From: an uncultured Gammaproteobacteria bacterium
Lineage (GTDB): Bacteria > Pseudomonadota > Gammaproteobacteria > Chromatiales > Chromatiaceae
NCBI GenBank assembly: GCA_964497145.1
Contig: CAZCDY010000006.1
Span: forward strand, 1,667 to 58,425
Reading direction: 5' to 3'
Length of the DNA stretch: 56,759 nucleotides
In this document: one piece after another, positions 33,188-43,850 of the stretch
Position numbering within the stretch: position 1 is the first letter of the stretch
How the letters are laid out: the number at the start of each line of letters is the position of its first letter
Notes under the pieces: model-generated
Databases searched by the model: none
Told to the model about the DNA's origin: nothing
What the model saw: only the letters and a program-made list of their open reading frames with translations
Translations under genes and position numbers: made by a program

Positions 33188-33625
33188 GTGAGCAATTCCA
33201 GACATGTCGTCTGTCCGCATTGTGCGGGCGTCAATCGTGTCCCTGTCGACCGACTGGCTGGTGGTGGAAAGTGCGGGCGATGCAAGGCCCCGCTGTTCGC
33301 AGGCAAGCCGCTGGAAATTGGCGCGACCGATTTTCAGACGCAGCTCACGCGTAGCGACATACCCCTGCTGGTCGATTTCTGGGCACCCTGGTGTGGACCC
33401 TGCCGCATGATGGCGCCGGCGTTCGAGCAGGCGGCGACCCAACTGGAGCCTGGCGTGCGCTTGCTCAAGGTCAACACCGAGCAGCAGCAGGCGATTGGCG
33501 CCCGCTTCGGCATACGTAGCATACCCACCATGATTCTGTTTGCACGGGGGCAGGAGCTTGACCGCATGTCCGGCGCGCTTGACGCTTCCGGTATCGTCGC
33601 CTGGACGCGTCAGCATCTGGGTTGA
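33188..33625 (+). CDS. trxC: Thioredoxin 2 (zinc-binding)
   Basis: CPHC...CGRC N-terminal Zn motif, WAPWCGPC active site; GTG start after GGAGA. Confidence 0.93.
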   Translation: MSNSRHVVCPHCAGVNRVPVDRLAGGGKCGRCKAPLFAGKPLEIGATDFQTQLTRSDIPLLVDFWAPWCGPCRMMAPAFEQAATQLEPGVRLLKVNTEQQQAIGARFGIRSIPTMILFARGQELDRMSGALDASGIVAWTRQHLG

Positions 33626-33852
33626 GGTCGCCCCCCGATCCCGGCTTCCCGGAACCGGCAGATGCCCCCCAGCGCTTGCGCACAGCGGCTCCCCCGGCTG
33701 TTAGAATGCAATCCTGGGCGTGGACAGCGGGGCTTGCCTTACCGTAACATTGCGCACTGCAACATGGCGTTGCGGGTCCACGGGTTTCAACTTGACGAGC
33801 GACCGGACGAGACCGCCCAGAGCGGGCCTCTGCCGGAGTTTTGCGTGCGTAA

Positions 33853-34983
33853 ATGATGACCAAACCGGCGATACTAGTTCTCGAAGATGGCAGTGTCTTT
33901 CACGGCCAATCCATTGGTGCGGACGGCCAGGCGATCGGCGAGGTGGTGTTCAATACCGCCATGACCGGTTACCAGGAGATTCTGACCGACCCCTCCTACA
34001 GTCGGCAGATCGTGACCCTGACTTATCCGCACATTGGTAATACCGGGGTGAATTCGGAGGACGAGGAGTCCTCATCGGTGCATGCCGCCGGCCTGGTGAT
34101 TCGCAATCTGCCGATGCTGGTAAGCAACTTCCGTAGCGAACAGGCCCTGGACTCTTATCTACAGCAACATGGTGTCGTCGGTATTGCCGAGATCGACACA
34201 CGTCGCCTGACGCGAATTCTGCGTGAGAAAGGTGCCCAGAGCGGCTGCATCATGGCCGGTGGCGTTGACCAGGGGCAGGCCCTTGAGGCCGCGCGTGCCT
34301 TCCCCGGCCTCAAGGGCATGGACCTGGCGCGGGAGGTCACCGCCGCGCAGACCTACACCTGGAACCAGGGCACCTGGCAACTGGGCGAGGGGCACGTCGG
34401 GCACAATCCGGGTGACGCCCGTTTTCACGTGGTCGCCTACGACTACGGGGTCAAACACAATATCCTGCGCATGCTGGTCGACCGCGGCTGCCGGGTCACC
34501 GTGGTGCCGGCACAGACGCCGGCATCCGAGGTGATGGCGATGGCGCCGGACGGGGTGTTCCTGTCCAATGGGCCGGGTGATCCCGAGCCCTGTGACTACG
34601 CCATAGCGGCAATTCGTGAGATCGTCGACAGCGGTATGCCGACCTTCGGTATCTGTCTCGGGCACCAGTTGCTGGGGATCGCGTCGGGTGCGAAGACGGT
34701 CAAGATGAAGTTTGGTCACCATGGTGCCAACCACCCGGTGCAGGATCTGGAGACCAGCGTCGTCATGATCTCCAGTCAGAACCACGGCTTTGCGGTCGAC
34801 GAGGCCAGTCTGCCGGAGAATCTGCGCGCGACCCACAAATCCCTGTTCGACGGTTCCCTGCAGGGGATCCATCGTACCGATCGGCCGGCCTTCAGTTTCC
34901 AGGGGCATCCCGAGGCCAGTCCGGGGCCGCATGATGTGGCTCCCGTATTCGATCATTTCATCGAACTGATGGAGCAGGCTTAG
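33853..34983 (+). CDS. carA: Carbamoyl-phosphate synthase small subunit
   Basis: GEVVFNT, SNGPGDP, GICLGHQ, QGHPEA. Confidence 0.98.
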   Translation: MMTKPAILVLEDGSVFHGQSIGADGQAIGEVVFNTAMTGYQEILTDPSYSRQIVTLTYPHIGNTGVNSEDEESSSVHAAGLVIRNLPMLVSNFRSEQALDSYLQQHGVVGIAEIDTRRLTRILREKGAQSGCIMAGGVDQGQALEAARAFPGLKGMDLAREVTAAQTYTWNQGTWQLGEGHVGHNPGDARFHVVAYDYGVKHNILRMLVDRGCRVTVVPAQTPASEVMAMAPDGVFLSNGPGDPEPCDYAIAAIREIVDSGMPTFGICLGHQLLGIASGAKTVKMKFGHHGANHPVQDLETSVVMISSQNHGFAVDEASLPENLRATHKSLFDGSLQGIHRTDRPAFSFQGHPEASPGPHDVAPVFDHFIELMEQA

Positions 34984-35022
34984 CCGTAATGGACGTCAGG
35001 AAAGCGAATACCGGTTTTTGAA

Positions 35023-35052
35023 TTTGCGGCGCCTTTGGCGCCTTTCGCGGTT
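35023..35052 (-). repeat. 9-nt-period tandem repeat in the carA-carB spacer
   Basis: Minus strand reads AACCGCGAAAG-GCGCCAAAG-GCGCCGCAAA. Confidence 0.5.
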
Positions 35053-35060
35053 GATAAATC

Positions 35061-38000
35061 ATGCCAAAAAGAAAAGATATCCAGAGCATCCTGATCATCG
35101 GCGCTGGACCGATCATTATCGGCCAGGCATGCGAGTTCGACTACTCCGGTGCCCAGGCATGTAAGGCGCTGCAGGAAGAGGGCTTCCGCGTCATCCTGGT
35201 CAACTCCAATCCGGCCACCATCATGACCGACCCGGACATGGCGGATGCGGTCTACATCGAGCCGATCACCTGGCGCACGGTGGCCAAGATCATCGAGAAG
35301 GAAAAGCCGGATGCGCTGCTGCCCACCATGGGTGGCCAGACTGCCTTGAACTGCGCCCTGGACCTGGTGCGCGAGGGCGTGCTCGAGGCGCATGGTGTCG
35401 AGATGGTCGGTGCCAGTCGTGAGGCCATAGACAAGGCGGAAGATCGCGATCTGTTCCGCCAGGCCATGCGCAAGATCGGTCTGGACATGCCGCGCTCGGC
35501 GATCGCGCATTCCCTGGAAGAGGCCCATCAGGTACAGGCCCAGATCGGCTTTCCGACCATCATCCGGCCGTCGTTCACCATGGGTGGTTCCGGAGGTGGC
35601 ATCGCCTACAACCGCGAAGAGTTTGAAGAGATCTGTACCCGTGGTCTGGATCTGTCGCCGACCTCCGAACTGCTGATCGAGGAATCGATCCTTGGTTGGA
35701 AGGAATATGAAATGGAGGTGGTGCGTGATCGCAATGACAACTGCATCATCATCTGCTCGATCGAGAACCTTGACCCGATGGGTGTGCATACCGGCGATTC
35801 GATCACCGTCGCGCCGGCACAGACCCTGACCGACAAGGAATACCAGATCATGCGTAATGCCTCATTGGCGGTGTTGCGCGAGATTGGAGTCGATACCGGT
35901 GGCTCCAATGTGCAGTTTGCGATCAATCCGGACGACGGTCGCATGATCATCATCGAGATGAATCCACGCGTTTCGCGGTCATCGGCGCTGGCGTCCAAGG
36001 CCACTGGATTTCCGATTGCCAAGGTCGCTGCCAAACTGGCTGTCGGTTACACTCTCGATGAACTCAGCAACGACATCACCGGTGGTGTGACCCCGGCCTC
36101 GTTCGAGCCCTCGATCGATTACGTGGTCACCAAGGTGCCACGCTTCGCATTCGAGAAATTTCCCCAGGCGGACGCCCGCCTGACCACGCAGATGAAATCG
36201 GTAGGTGAGGTCATGGCAATCGGCCGTACCTTCCAGGAATCGCTGCAGAAGGCCTTGCGCGGGCTGGAGACCGGCAAGGCCGGCCTCGATCCTGTCGCCG
36301 ATCTCAATGGCGAAGAGGCGCGTGCCCTGATCATCTCGGAGATCCGTCAGCCGAGCGCCGAGCGCCTGTGGTACGTGGCCGATGCCTTTCGTGCCAGATT
36401 GTCGCTGGAGGATGTTTTCGAGCATACCAAGATCGATCGCTGGTTCCTGGTGCAGATAGAAGACCTGGTACGTGAAGAGAGACAGTTGAGCGAGGAGGGA
36501 CTGGATGCCCTGGATGCCGAGCGCCTGCTCCAGCTCAAACGCAAGGGTTTCGCCGACAAGCGACTGGCCGATCTGCTCGGGGTGCCGGAGGCGCAACTGC
36601 GGCAGCAGCGCTACGATCTCGGCGTACGCCCGGTGTACAAACGGGTAGACACCTGTGCGGCAGAATTTGCCTCCAGTACGGCCTATATGTACTCAACCTA
36701 CGAGGAGGAATGCGAGGCCGCGCCGACCGACAACGAGAAGATTATGGTACTGGGCGGTGGTCCCAACCGGATCGGTCAGGGTATCGAGTTCGACTACTGC
36801 TGTGTGCATGCCGCGTTTGCCATGCGTGAGGACGGCTACGAGACCATCATGGTCAACTGCAACCCGGAGACGGTTTCGACTGACTACGATACCTCGGACC
36901 GGCTGTATTTTGAGCCACTGACCCTAGAAGATGTGCTCGAAATCGTGCATAGGGAAAATCCGAAGGGGATTATCGTGCAGTACGGCGGTCAGACGCCGCT
37001 CAAACTGGCGGAGGATCTCCAGGCCGCCGGCGCGCCAATCATCGGCACCTCGCCCGATTCGATCGATCTGGCCGAAGATCGTGAGCGCTTCCAGCAACTG
37101 GTCGAGGAGCAGGGCCTGAAGCAACCGCCCAACCGTACCGCGACCGAGGCCGAGCAGGCGGTACGCCTGGCCGACGAGATCGGCTATCCGCTGGTCGTGC
37201 GTCCGTCTTATGTCCTGGGCGGTCGGGCGATGGAGATCGTGCACGACGAGGACGACCTGCGCCGCTACATGCGCGAGGCGGTCAAAGTCTCGAACGAATC
37301 GCCGGTGTTGCTGGATCGCTTCCTGGATGACGCGATCGAGGTCGATATCGACGCGATCTGTGACGGCGAAGAGGTATTGATCGGCGGCATCATGGAACAC
37401 ATCGAGCAGGCGGGAGTGCACTCGGGTGACTCGGCCTGTTCGCTGCCGCCTTACACCCTGAGTGCCTCTATCCAGGATCGCATGCGTGATCAGATGCGCC
37501 GACTGGCGCACGCGCTCAAGGTGGTTGGTCTGATGAACGCCCAGCTGGCCATCAAGGGCGACGATATCTACCTGCTGGAGGTCAACCCACGGGCCTCACG
37601 CACGGTGCCCTTTGTGTCGAAGGCCACCAACCGGCCGCTGGCGAAGATCGCGGCGCGCTGCATGGCCGGAAAGAGCCTGAAGGAGCAGGGTATCGACGGC
37701 GAAATCATCCCCAAACACTACTATGTCAAAGAGGCCGTGTTCCCGTTCGTGAAGTTCCCCGGCGTGGACACGCTGCTGGGTCCGGAGATGAAGTCGACCG
37801 GTGAGGTCATGGGGGTGGGCAAGACTTTCGGCGAGGCCTTCGCCAAGGCCATGGAAGGTGGCAGCGTGCGTCTGCCGCGTGGTGGCCGCGCCCTGCTGTC
37901 GGTGCGGGATGCAGATCGTCAGCGCGCCGCCAGCGTGGCACGCCAGTTGGCCGAACTGGGTTTTGAGATATCGGCCACCCGCGGTACCTGTCGGACCATC

Positions 38001-38270
38001 ACCGAGTCGGGCATCAACTGCAGTGTGGTGAACAAGGTCAAGGAAGGGCGCCCGCACATCGTCGACATGATCAAGAACGATGAGTTCGTGCTGATCATCA
38101 ATACGACCGAGGGCAAGCAGGCGATTGTCGACTCGGCGTCCATCCGGCGCGCGGCCCTGCAGCACAAGGTCAGTTATACGACCACCATATCTGGGGCAGA
38201 GGCGGTGCTACTGTCGCTCCAGCAACCCGATGAACTGAATGTAAGCAGCCTGCGTGACCTGCGCGACTGA
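35061..38270 (+). CDS. carB: Carbamoyl-phosphate synthase large subunit
   Basis: [17 protein letters not shown], two ATP-grasp halves, MGS domain; 1069 aa. Confidence 0.98.
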   Translation: MPKRKDIQSILIIGAGPIIIGQACEFDYSGAQACKALQEEGFRVILVNSNPATIMTDPDMADAVYIEPITWRTVAKIIEKEKPDALLPTMGGQTALNCALDLVREGVLEAHGVEMVGASREAIDKAEDRDLFRQAMRKIGLDMPRSAIAHSLEEAHQVQAQIGFPTIIRPSFTMGGSGGGIAYNREEFEEICTRGLDLSPTSELLIEESILGWKEYEMEVVRDRNDNCIIICSIENLDPMGVHTGDSITVAPAQTLTDKEYQIMRNASLAVLREIGVDTGGSNVQFAINPDDGRMIIIEMNPRVSRSSALASKATGFPIAKVAAKLAVGYTLDELSNDITGGVTPASFEPSIDYVVTKVPRFAFEKFPQADARLTTQMKSVGEVMAIGRTFQESLQKALRGLETGKAGLDPVADLNGEEARALIISEIRQPSAERLWYVADAFRARLSLEDVFEHTKIDRWFLVQIEDLVREERQLSEEGLDALDAERLLQLKRKGFADKRLADLLGVPEAQLRQQRYDLGVRPVYKRVDTCAAEFASSTAYMYSTYEEECEAAPTDNEKIMVLGGGPNRIGQGIEFDYCCVHAAFAMREDGYETIMVNCNPETVSTDYDTSDRLYFEPLTLEDVLEIVHRENPKGIIVQYGGQTPLKLAEDLQAAGAPIIGTSPDSIDLAEDRERFQQLVEEQGLKQPPNRTATEAEQAVRLADEIGYPLVVRPSYVLGGRAMEIVHDEDDLRRYMREAVKVSNESPVLLDRFLDDAIEVDIDAICDGEEVLIGGIMEHIEQAGVHSGDSACSLPPYTLSASIQDRMRDQMRRLAHALKVVGLMNAQLAIKGDDIYLLEVNPRASRTVPFVSKATNRPLAKIAARCMAGKSLKEQGIDGEIIPKHYYVKEAVFPFVKFPGVDTLLGPEMKSTGEVMGVGKTFGEAFAKAMEGGSVRLPRGGRALLSVRDADRQRAASVARQLAELGFEISATRGTCRTITESGINCSVVNKVKEGRPHIVDMIKNDEFVLIINTTEGKQAIVDSASIRRAALQHKVSYTTTISGAEAVLLSLQQPDELNVSSLRDLRD

Positions 38271-38294
38271 TGGCAACCGGGCGAGGATAGGATA

Positions 38295-38771
38295 ATGGAA
38301 AAGCATCCCATGACTTTGCAGGGCGCAGAGAGCCTGCGTGCCGAGTTGAACGAACTCAAGAGCGTCAAGCGCCCCGCCGTGATTGCAGCTATCTCGGAGG
38401 CGCGCGCGCATGGTGATCTGAAAGAAAATGCCGAGTACCATGCAGCGCGTGAGCAGCAGGGGTTCATCGAAGGCCGGATCAAGGACATAGAGGCCAAGCT
38501 GTCGCACGCACAGGTGATCGATGTGACGACCCTGAATGCCGCGGGCAAGGTTGTTTTCGGGTCTACGGTGGTCCTGCTCGATATCAATACCGACGAGGAG
38601 AAGACCTACCAGATCGTTGGCGTCGATGAGGCAGACCTCAAACACGGCAAGATCTCGGTGACCTCGCCGGTTGCGCGTGCCCTGATCGGCAAGATCGAAG
38701 GCGACGAGGTTGCTCTGGATGCACCGGGGGGTACCCACGAGTTCGAGATTCTCGAGGTGCGGTACGAATGA
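38295..38771 (+). CDS. greA: Transcription elongation factor GreA
   Basis: [26 protein letters not shown]. Confidence 0.97.
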   Translation: MEKHPMTLQGAESLRAELNELKSVKRPAVIAAISEARAHGDLKENAEYHAAREQQGFIEGRIKDIEAKLSHAQVIDVTTLNAAGKVVFGSTVVLLDINTDEEKTYQIVGVDEADLKHGKISVTSPVARALIGKIEGDEVALDAPGGTHEFEILEVRYE

Positions 38772-38793
38772 CGGCGACATCCACCCCGTTTGC

Positions 38794-39999
38794 ATGAAGA
38801 TTCTGCACGTTCTCGATCATTCCCTGCCGGTCCACACCGGCTACACGTTTCGAACGCGTAATATACTCAAACAGCAGTTGGCTCGTGGCTGGCACACGGC
38901 GCAGGTGACGGGCAGCAAACACCCGCTGGCGGGGCCTGACCCCGAAATGGCCGACGGTCTGGTGTTTTATCGCACCTCCGGGCGGGACTCGTTGCTGGCG
39001 CGTATCCCTGTAATCAATCAGCTCGACGTGGCGCGTGGCCTGTCGCGACGACTGGATGCGATCATCGAGCAGGAGCGCCCCGATCTGTTGCATGCGCACT
39101 CTCCCGCGCTGGACGGACTGGCGGCATTGTCGGCCGGCAAACGCCACGGCCTGCCGGTGGTCTACGAGTGTCGTGCCTTCTGGGAGGATGCGGCCGTGGA
39201 TCACGGTACTACCAGCGAAGGCAGCCTGCGCTATCGGCTCACCCGGGCGATGGAGACCTATGTGTTCAAGCGCGCCGACGCGGTGACCTGCATCTGCGAG
39301 GGATTGCGCGCGGATATCGTCGCGCGCGGCGTTGCCGCAGAACGCGTCACGGTCATTCCCAATGCGGTCGATATCACCAGTTTCGGTGATTCCGACGGGT
39401 ATGACGGTGAACTCGCCGCAGAGGTGGGTGTTGTGGGCAAGCCGGTGATCGGGTTTCTGGGATCGTTTTATGCGTACGAGGGGCTGGATCTGGCGATCGA
39501 TGCGCTGCCGCTGATTCGCCAGCAGGTCCCGGAACTGGTGTTGCTGCTGGTCGGTGGCGGTCCACAGGAGTCGAATCTCAAGGCCCAGGCCGAACGTCTG
39601 GGCATGGGTGACAACGTCATCTTTACCGGCCGGGTGCCGCATGATCAGGTGCAGCGGTACTACGATCTCGTTGACGTCCTGGTGTATCCACGCCATCCCA
39701 TGCGCCTGACAGATCTGGTGACCCCGCTGAAGCCACTCGAAGCCATGGCGCAGCAGCGGGTGCTGGTGGCGTCCGATGTGGGTGGTCATCGCGAACTGAT
39801 CGTGGACGGCGTGACCGGCAGTTTGTTCAGGGCGGGCGACCGGGATGCCTTTGCCGCTGCGGTGGTGGATATGTTTGCCAAACGGGGGCAATGGGACGCC
39901 TTGCGTCGGGCGGGCAGGGAGTTCGTCGAGAAAGAACGCAACTGGAAGGTGTCTGTAGCGCGTTATCAACCGGTCTATGAGCGCCTGCTGGGCGTCTGA
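38794..39999 (+). CDS. GT4 glycosyltransferase, PEP-CTERM/XrtA-associated type (TIGR04063-like)
   Basis: MKILHVLDHS...GYTFRT, HAHSP, RAFWEDAAVDHG, GSFYAYEGL, MRLTDLVTPLKPLEAMA, SDVGGH. Confidence 0.85.
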   Translation: MKILHVLDHSLPVHTGYTFRTRNILKQQLARGWHTAQVTGSKHPLAGPDPEMADGLVFYRTSGRDSLLARIPVINQLDVARGLSRRLDAIIEQERPDLLHAHSPALDGLAALSAGKRHGLPVVYECRAFWEDAAVDHGTTSEGSLRYRLTRAMETYVFKRADAVTCICEGLRADIVARGVAAERVTVIPNAVDITSFGDSDGYDGELAAEVGVVGKPVIGFLGSFYAYEGLDLAIDALPLIRQQVPELVLLLVGGGPQESNLKAQAERLGMGDNVIFTGRVPHDQVQRYYDLVDVLVYPRHPMRLTDLVTPLKPLEAMAQQRVLVASDVGGHRELIVDGVTGSLFRAGDRDAFAAAVVDMFAKRGQWDALRRAGREFVEKERNWKVSVARYQPVYERLLGV

Positions 40000-40011
40000 C
40001 AGCAGTTGCCG

Positions 40012-40308
40012 CTATTTGGACGGCAGCACGACCTTCGGTTTGTCGGCATTCCTTCTGAACAGGACCAGCATCTGACCGATCGAGTGGATCTGCTCTGCCT
40101 GGGTCTGCTCGCAGATATCTGATGTGATGCCGGCGCGGGTGTCACGGTCGGCAACGATCTTGACCTTGATCAATTCGTGCGAATCCAGCGCCAGTTCGAT
40201 CTCCGCCATCACGCTCTCTTTCATTCCGTGCTGGCCGATCCATACCACCGGCTTGAGGTGGTGGCCGAGACCTCGCAGGTGGCGCTTTTGAGATTCCGAA
40301 AGTTTCAT
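40012..40308 (-). CDS. yhbY: CRM-domain RNA-binding ribosome assembly protein YhbY
   Basis: LRGLGHHLKPVVWIG, HELIKVK; divergent from rlmE. Confidence 0.92.
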   Translation of the reverse strand: MKLSESQKRHLRGLGHHLKPVVWIGQHGMKESVMAEIELALDSHELIKVKIVADRDTRAGITSDICEQTQAEQIHSIGQMLVLFRRNADKPKVVLPSK

Positions 40309-40452
40309 CGACCAGGCCCGTAAAAAAAGGGCGCCAACTATAACGGGATGTGACGAGCAGTGCACGGAGTCGGGCTTAATTCCGGTGGCGCAAGGGTCAA
40401 AATGGCATAATCCCCGCTGATTTTCATTCCGGACCCCCCTGACCTTCCGACC

Positions 40453-41073
40453 ATGGCGCGATCAAAAAGCAGTCATCGCTGGATGCAGCGACACGTCAAC
40501 GATGAGTTCGTCAAGCGCTCAAAGCGTGAGGGCTATCGTTCGCGCGCGGCGTACAAATTGTTGGAGATACAGGAAAAAGATCGCGTGTTAAAACCAGGGC
40601 AGGTGGTGGTGGACCTGGGGGCTGCCCCGGGTGGCTGGTCGCAGATCGCCGCCAACCTGGTCGGCCCGAAGGGTGCCGTCGTGGGATTCGATATCCTGCC
40701 GATCGATCCTCTGCCGGGCGTGACCCTGATCCAGGGCGATTTTCGTGAAGATGAGGCGTTGCGCGCGCTCGATGACGTCCTGGACGGACGCCTGGTAGAC
40801 CTTGTGATTTCCGATATGGCCCCCAATGTAAGCGGGGTAGCCGCTGTAGATCAGCCGCGCGCCATGCACCTTAGCGAACTGGCGCTCGATTTTTGCGAGG
40901 GACACCTGCGGCAGGGGGGCGGTTTCGTGTGCAAGGTGTTCCATGGTGAGGGTTTTGATGCGTGGATGCGCGAGGTCAAAGCCCGTTTTGGGCGTGCGGT
41001 GACCCGCAAACCCAAGGCCTCGCGGGCGAATAGCCGCGAGGTTTATCTGGTAGCCGGGAACTATCTTTCGTAG
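40453..41073 (+). CDS. rlmE: 23S rRNA Um2552 methyltransferase
   Basis: YRSRAAYKL, DLGAAPGGWSQ, SDMAPN, KPKASR..SREVY. Confidence 0.97.
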   Translation: MARSKSSHRWMQRHVNDEFVKRSKREGYRSRAAYKLLEIQEKDRVLKPGQVVVDLGAAPGGWSQIAANLVGPKGAVVGFDILPIDPLPGVTLIQGDFREDEALRALDDVLDGRLVDLVISDMAPNVSGVAAVDQPRAMHLSELALDFCEGHLRQGGGFVCKVFHGEGFDAWMREVKARFGRAVTRKPKASRANSREVYLVAGNYLS

Positions 41074-41181
41074 TAGTTTACGAAATTACTGTGAATAATG
41101 GGGCATCCTCGGGATGCGAACATAGCAGCTTCCGGTTAGCGTCACCGGTCAGCAAAGCCGATCAGGCATGAGGAAATCGCC

Positions 41182-42915
41182 GTGAACGACATGGCCAAAA
41201 ATATTGTTCTCTGGGTCATCATCGCTGTTGTGCTGATGACTGTGTTCAACAGTTTTACGGCACCCAAGACCGGTGCGCCGCAGATCTCTTACTCGAAGTT
41301 CCTGGAACAGGTCGAGCGTAAGAATGTGGCCAGCGTGACAATCTTCAGGGATGGCCGCGTCGATGGTGTCATGACCTCCGGGAGCCGGTTCACTACCGAG
41401 TCGCCGAGTGATCCCGGGATGGTTGGTGATCTGCTGAAATCCGGCGTGGAGATCCGGGCCAAGCCGCCGGAGCAGCCGTCGATACTCTGGCAGATCCTGA
41501 TCAACTGGTTCCCGCTGTTCATCCTGATAGGGCTCTGGATATTCTTCATGCGCCAGATGCAGGGCGGTGGGGCCGGGCGCGGTGCCATGTCGTTCGGCAA
41601 GAGCAAGGCGCGGATGCTGTCCGAAGACCAGGTCAAGGTGACCTTCGCCGATGTGGCCGGTTGTGAAGAGGCCAAGGACGAGGTCAAGGAACTGGTCGAC
41701 TTCCTCAAGGACCCGTCGAAATTCCAGAAACTCGGCGGCAAGATCCCGAGTGGCGTGCTAATGGTCGGTCCTCCGGGTACCGGTAAGACGCTTTTGGCGC
41801 GCGCCATTGCCGGTGAGGCCAAGGTGCCTTTCTTCACCATTTCGGGTTCCGATTTCGTCGAGATGTTTGTCGGCGTCGGGGCATCGCGTGTGCGCGATAT
41901 GTTCGAACAGGCCAAGAAGCATGCGCCTTGCATCATATTCATCGACGAGATCGACGCGGTCGGTCGTCATCGCGGTGCCGGTCTGGGTGGCGGTCACGAC
42001 GAACGCGAGCAGACCCTGAACCAGCTGCTGGTCGAGATGGACGGATTTGAGGGCAACGAGGGCGTGATCGTGATCGCCGCGACCAACCGTCCGGACGTGC
42101 TTGACCCGGCCCTGTTGCGTCCTGGTCGTTTTGACCGCCAGGTGGTCGTGGGGCTGCCCGACATCCTCGGTCGCGAGCAGATCCTCAAGGTGCATATGCG
42201 CAAGGTGCCGTTGTCGGACGACGTCAAGCCTTCCCTGATCGCACGCGGTACACCGGGCTTTTCCGGCGCCGATCTGGCCAACCTGGTCAACGAGGCCGCC
42301 CTTTTTGCCGCCCGGGCCAACAAGCGCCTGGTCGACATGGACGACATGCCCGAAGAGGATCGTTACAGCCACAGCAAGGAGCACCTCGAGAGCCAGATAT
42401 CCAGCCTGTTTGGTGGGCGTATCGCTGAGGAGCTGATCTTTGGAGCGGAGTCCGTGACCACGGGTGCGTCGAACGACATCATGCGGGCGACCGATATTGC
42501 GCGCAGTATGGTCACCAAGTGGGGCCTGTCTGACCGCATGGGGCCGCTGTCCTACGGTGAAGACGAGGGCGAGGTGTTCCTCGGCCGCTCGGTGACCCAG
42601 CACAAGGCGTTGTCAGACGATACGGCGCATGCCATTGACGAAGAGATACGTGCATTCATCGATCGCAACTACGAACGCGCGGCAAGCATCCTCGACGAGC
42701 ATCAGGATAAACTGCATGCGATGGCGGACGCACTGATGAAGTTCGAGACGATCGACAGCGATCAGATCAACGACATCATGGAAGGGCGTGACCCCCGTCC
42801 GCCGGCGGGCTGGGACGACAGTTCCGATTCTGATCCGGGAGGCGGCGCGGCGGCAGACGAAGGCAAAGACGCCAGTGGCGATGCACCAATCGGTGGACCG
42901 GCCGGGCAGCACTGA
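41182..42915 (+). CDS. ftsH: FtsH AAA+ metalloprotease with an apparent in-frame deletion of about 64 aa removing HEXXH
   Basis: Two TMs, [18 protein letters not shown] motif [27 protein letters not shown] and TGASND are present; HEAGH and IPRGRALG are absent; 577 aa. Confidence 0.9.
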   Translation: MNDMAKNIVLWVIIAVVLMTVFNSFTAPKTGAPQISYSKFLEQVERKNVASVTIFRDGRVDGVMTSGSRFTTESPSDPGMVGDLLKSGVEIRAKPPEQPSILWQILINWFPLFILIGLWIFFMRQMQGGGAGRGAMSFGKSKARMLSEDQVKVTFADVAGCEEAKDEVKELVDFLKDPSKFQKLGGKIPSGVLMVGPPGTGKTLLARAIAGEAKVPFFTISGSDFVEMFVGVGASRVRDMFEQAKKHAPCIIFIDEIDAVGRHRGAGLGGGHDEREQTLNQLLVEMDGFEGNEGVIVIAATNRPDVLDPALLRPGRFDRQVVVGLPDILGREQILKVHMRKVPLSDDVKPSLIARGTPGFSGADLANLVNEAALFAARANKRLVDMDDMPEEDRYSHSKEHLESQISSLFGGRIAEELIFGAESVTTGASNDIMRATDIARSMVTKWGLSDRMGPLSYGEDEGEVFLGRSVTQHKALSDDTAHAIDEEIRAFIDRNYERAASILDEHQDKLHAMADALMKFETIDSDQINDIMEGRDPRPPAGWDDSSDSDPGGGAAADEGKDASGDAPIGGPAGQH

Positions 42916-42948
42916 CACACCAGGCCGACCGATAGACCAACCCAAGCC

Positions 42949-42990
42949 AGGGGCCGGACGGAGTGATCTTCGTCCGGTCCCTCCGTTTTT
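42949..42990 (+). terminator. Strong hairpin / probable terminator between ftsH and folP
   Basis: AGGGGCCGGACGGAG-TGAT-CTTCGTCCGGTCCCT followed by CCGTTTTT. Confidence 0.6.
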
Positions 42991-42997
42991 GAAATCC

Positions 42998-43837
42998 ATG
43001 CTTGATTGTGCCGGCAAACCGCTCGATCTCTCTCGCCCCCGCGTAATGGGGATCCTGAACGTCACGCCGGATTCGTTTTCCGACGGCGGGCGTTTCGGTA
43101 ATGTCGATTCCGCGTTGAGGCAGGCGGAGCGCATGTTGGCTGAGGGCGCTGACATCCTGGATGTCGGTGGCGAGTCCACGCGGCCCGGTGCGGCGGCGGT
43201 ATCCCTGGATGAGGAGATGGCCAGGGTGCTGCCGGTGATAGAGCGCATTCACGCTGAACTGGACATCCCCGTTTCGATCGACACCAGCAAGCCGGAGTTG
43301 ATGCAGGCCGCGATTGCTGCCGGCGCCGGTATGATCAATGACGTCAGCGCGCTGAGCGCACCTGGCGCCATAGCGGCTGTCGCCGATGCTGCGGTGCCGG
43401 TATGCCTTATGCATATGCTGGGCCGGCCGCGCACGATGCAGACGGCACCTCAATATGACGACGTGGTTGCCGATATCATCGGTTATCTGGGGCGGCGTGT
43501 CGCCGCGTGCGAAGACGGCGGCATTGCGCGAGGACGCCTGCTGCTGGACCCGGGTTTCGGTTTCGGCAAGACGCTGCAGCACAATCTCGTGCTTCTGCGC
43601 GACTTGAGTGTGTTTCAAGCGCTCGGTCTGCCCCTGCTTGTGGGTATCTCGCGCAAGTCGATGCTGGGTTCGGTGACCGGAAGAGCTGTGGATGGGCGTC
43701 TGGCGGCGGGTGTTGCCGCCGCTGTGATGGCAGTTGAACGCGGTGCCCGGATCGTGCGCGTGCATGATGTCGCCGAGACGGTCGACGCGTTAAAGATGTG
43801 GCGGGCGGTAACGGATGCCGACGTCGAAATGACTTGA
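42998..43837 (+). CDS. folP: Dihydropteroate synthase
   Basis: [40 protein letters not shown]. Confidence 0.97.
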   Translation: MLDCAGKPLDLSRPRVMGILNVTPDSFSDGGRFGNVDSALRQAERMLAEGADILDVGGESTRPGAAAVSLDEEMARVLPVIERIHAELDIPVSIDTSKPELMQAAIAAGAGMINDVSALSAPGAIAAVADAAVPVCLMHMLGRPRTMQTAPQYDDVVADIIGYLGRRVAACEDGGIARGRLLLDPGFGFGKTLQHNLVLLRDLSVFQALGLPLLVGISRKSMLGSVTGRAVDGRLAAGVAAAVMAVERGARIVRVHDVAETVDALKMWRAVTDADVEMT

Positions 43838-43850
43838 AGAAGGAATAGAG

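Noticed and set aside
33626-33852. Possible riboswitch or attenuator in the carA leader
   Set aside because: Only short GC-rich stems are present; I could not recognise a known aptamer, leader peptide or terminator.
42788-42997. 70-aa N-terminal extension of FolP
   Set aside because: It overlaps the ftsH 3' end and the hairpin; DHPS similarity begins at [11 protein letters not shown] (42998).
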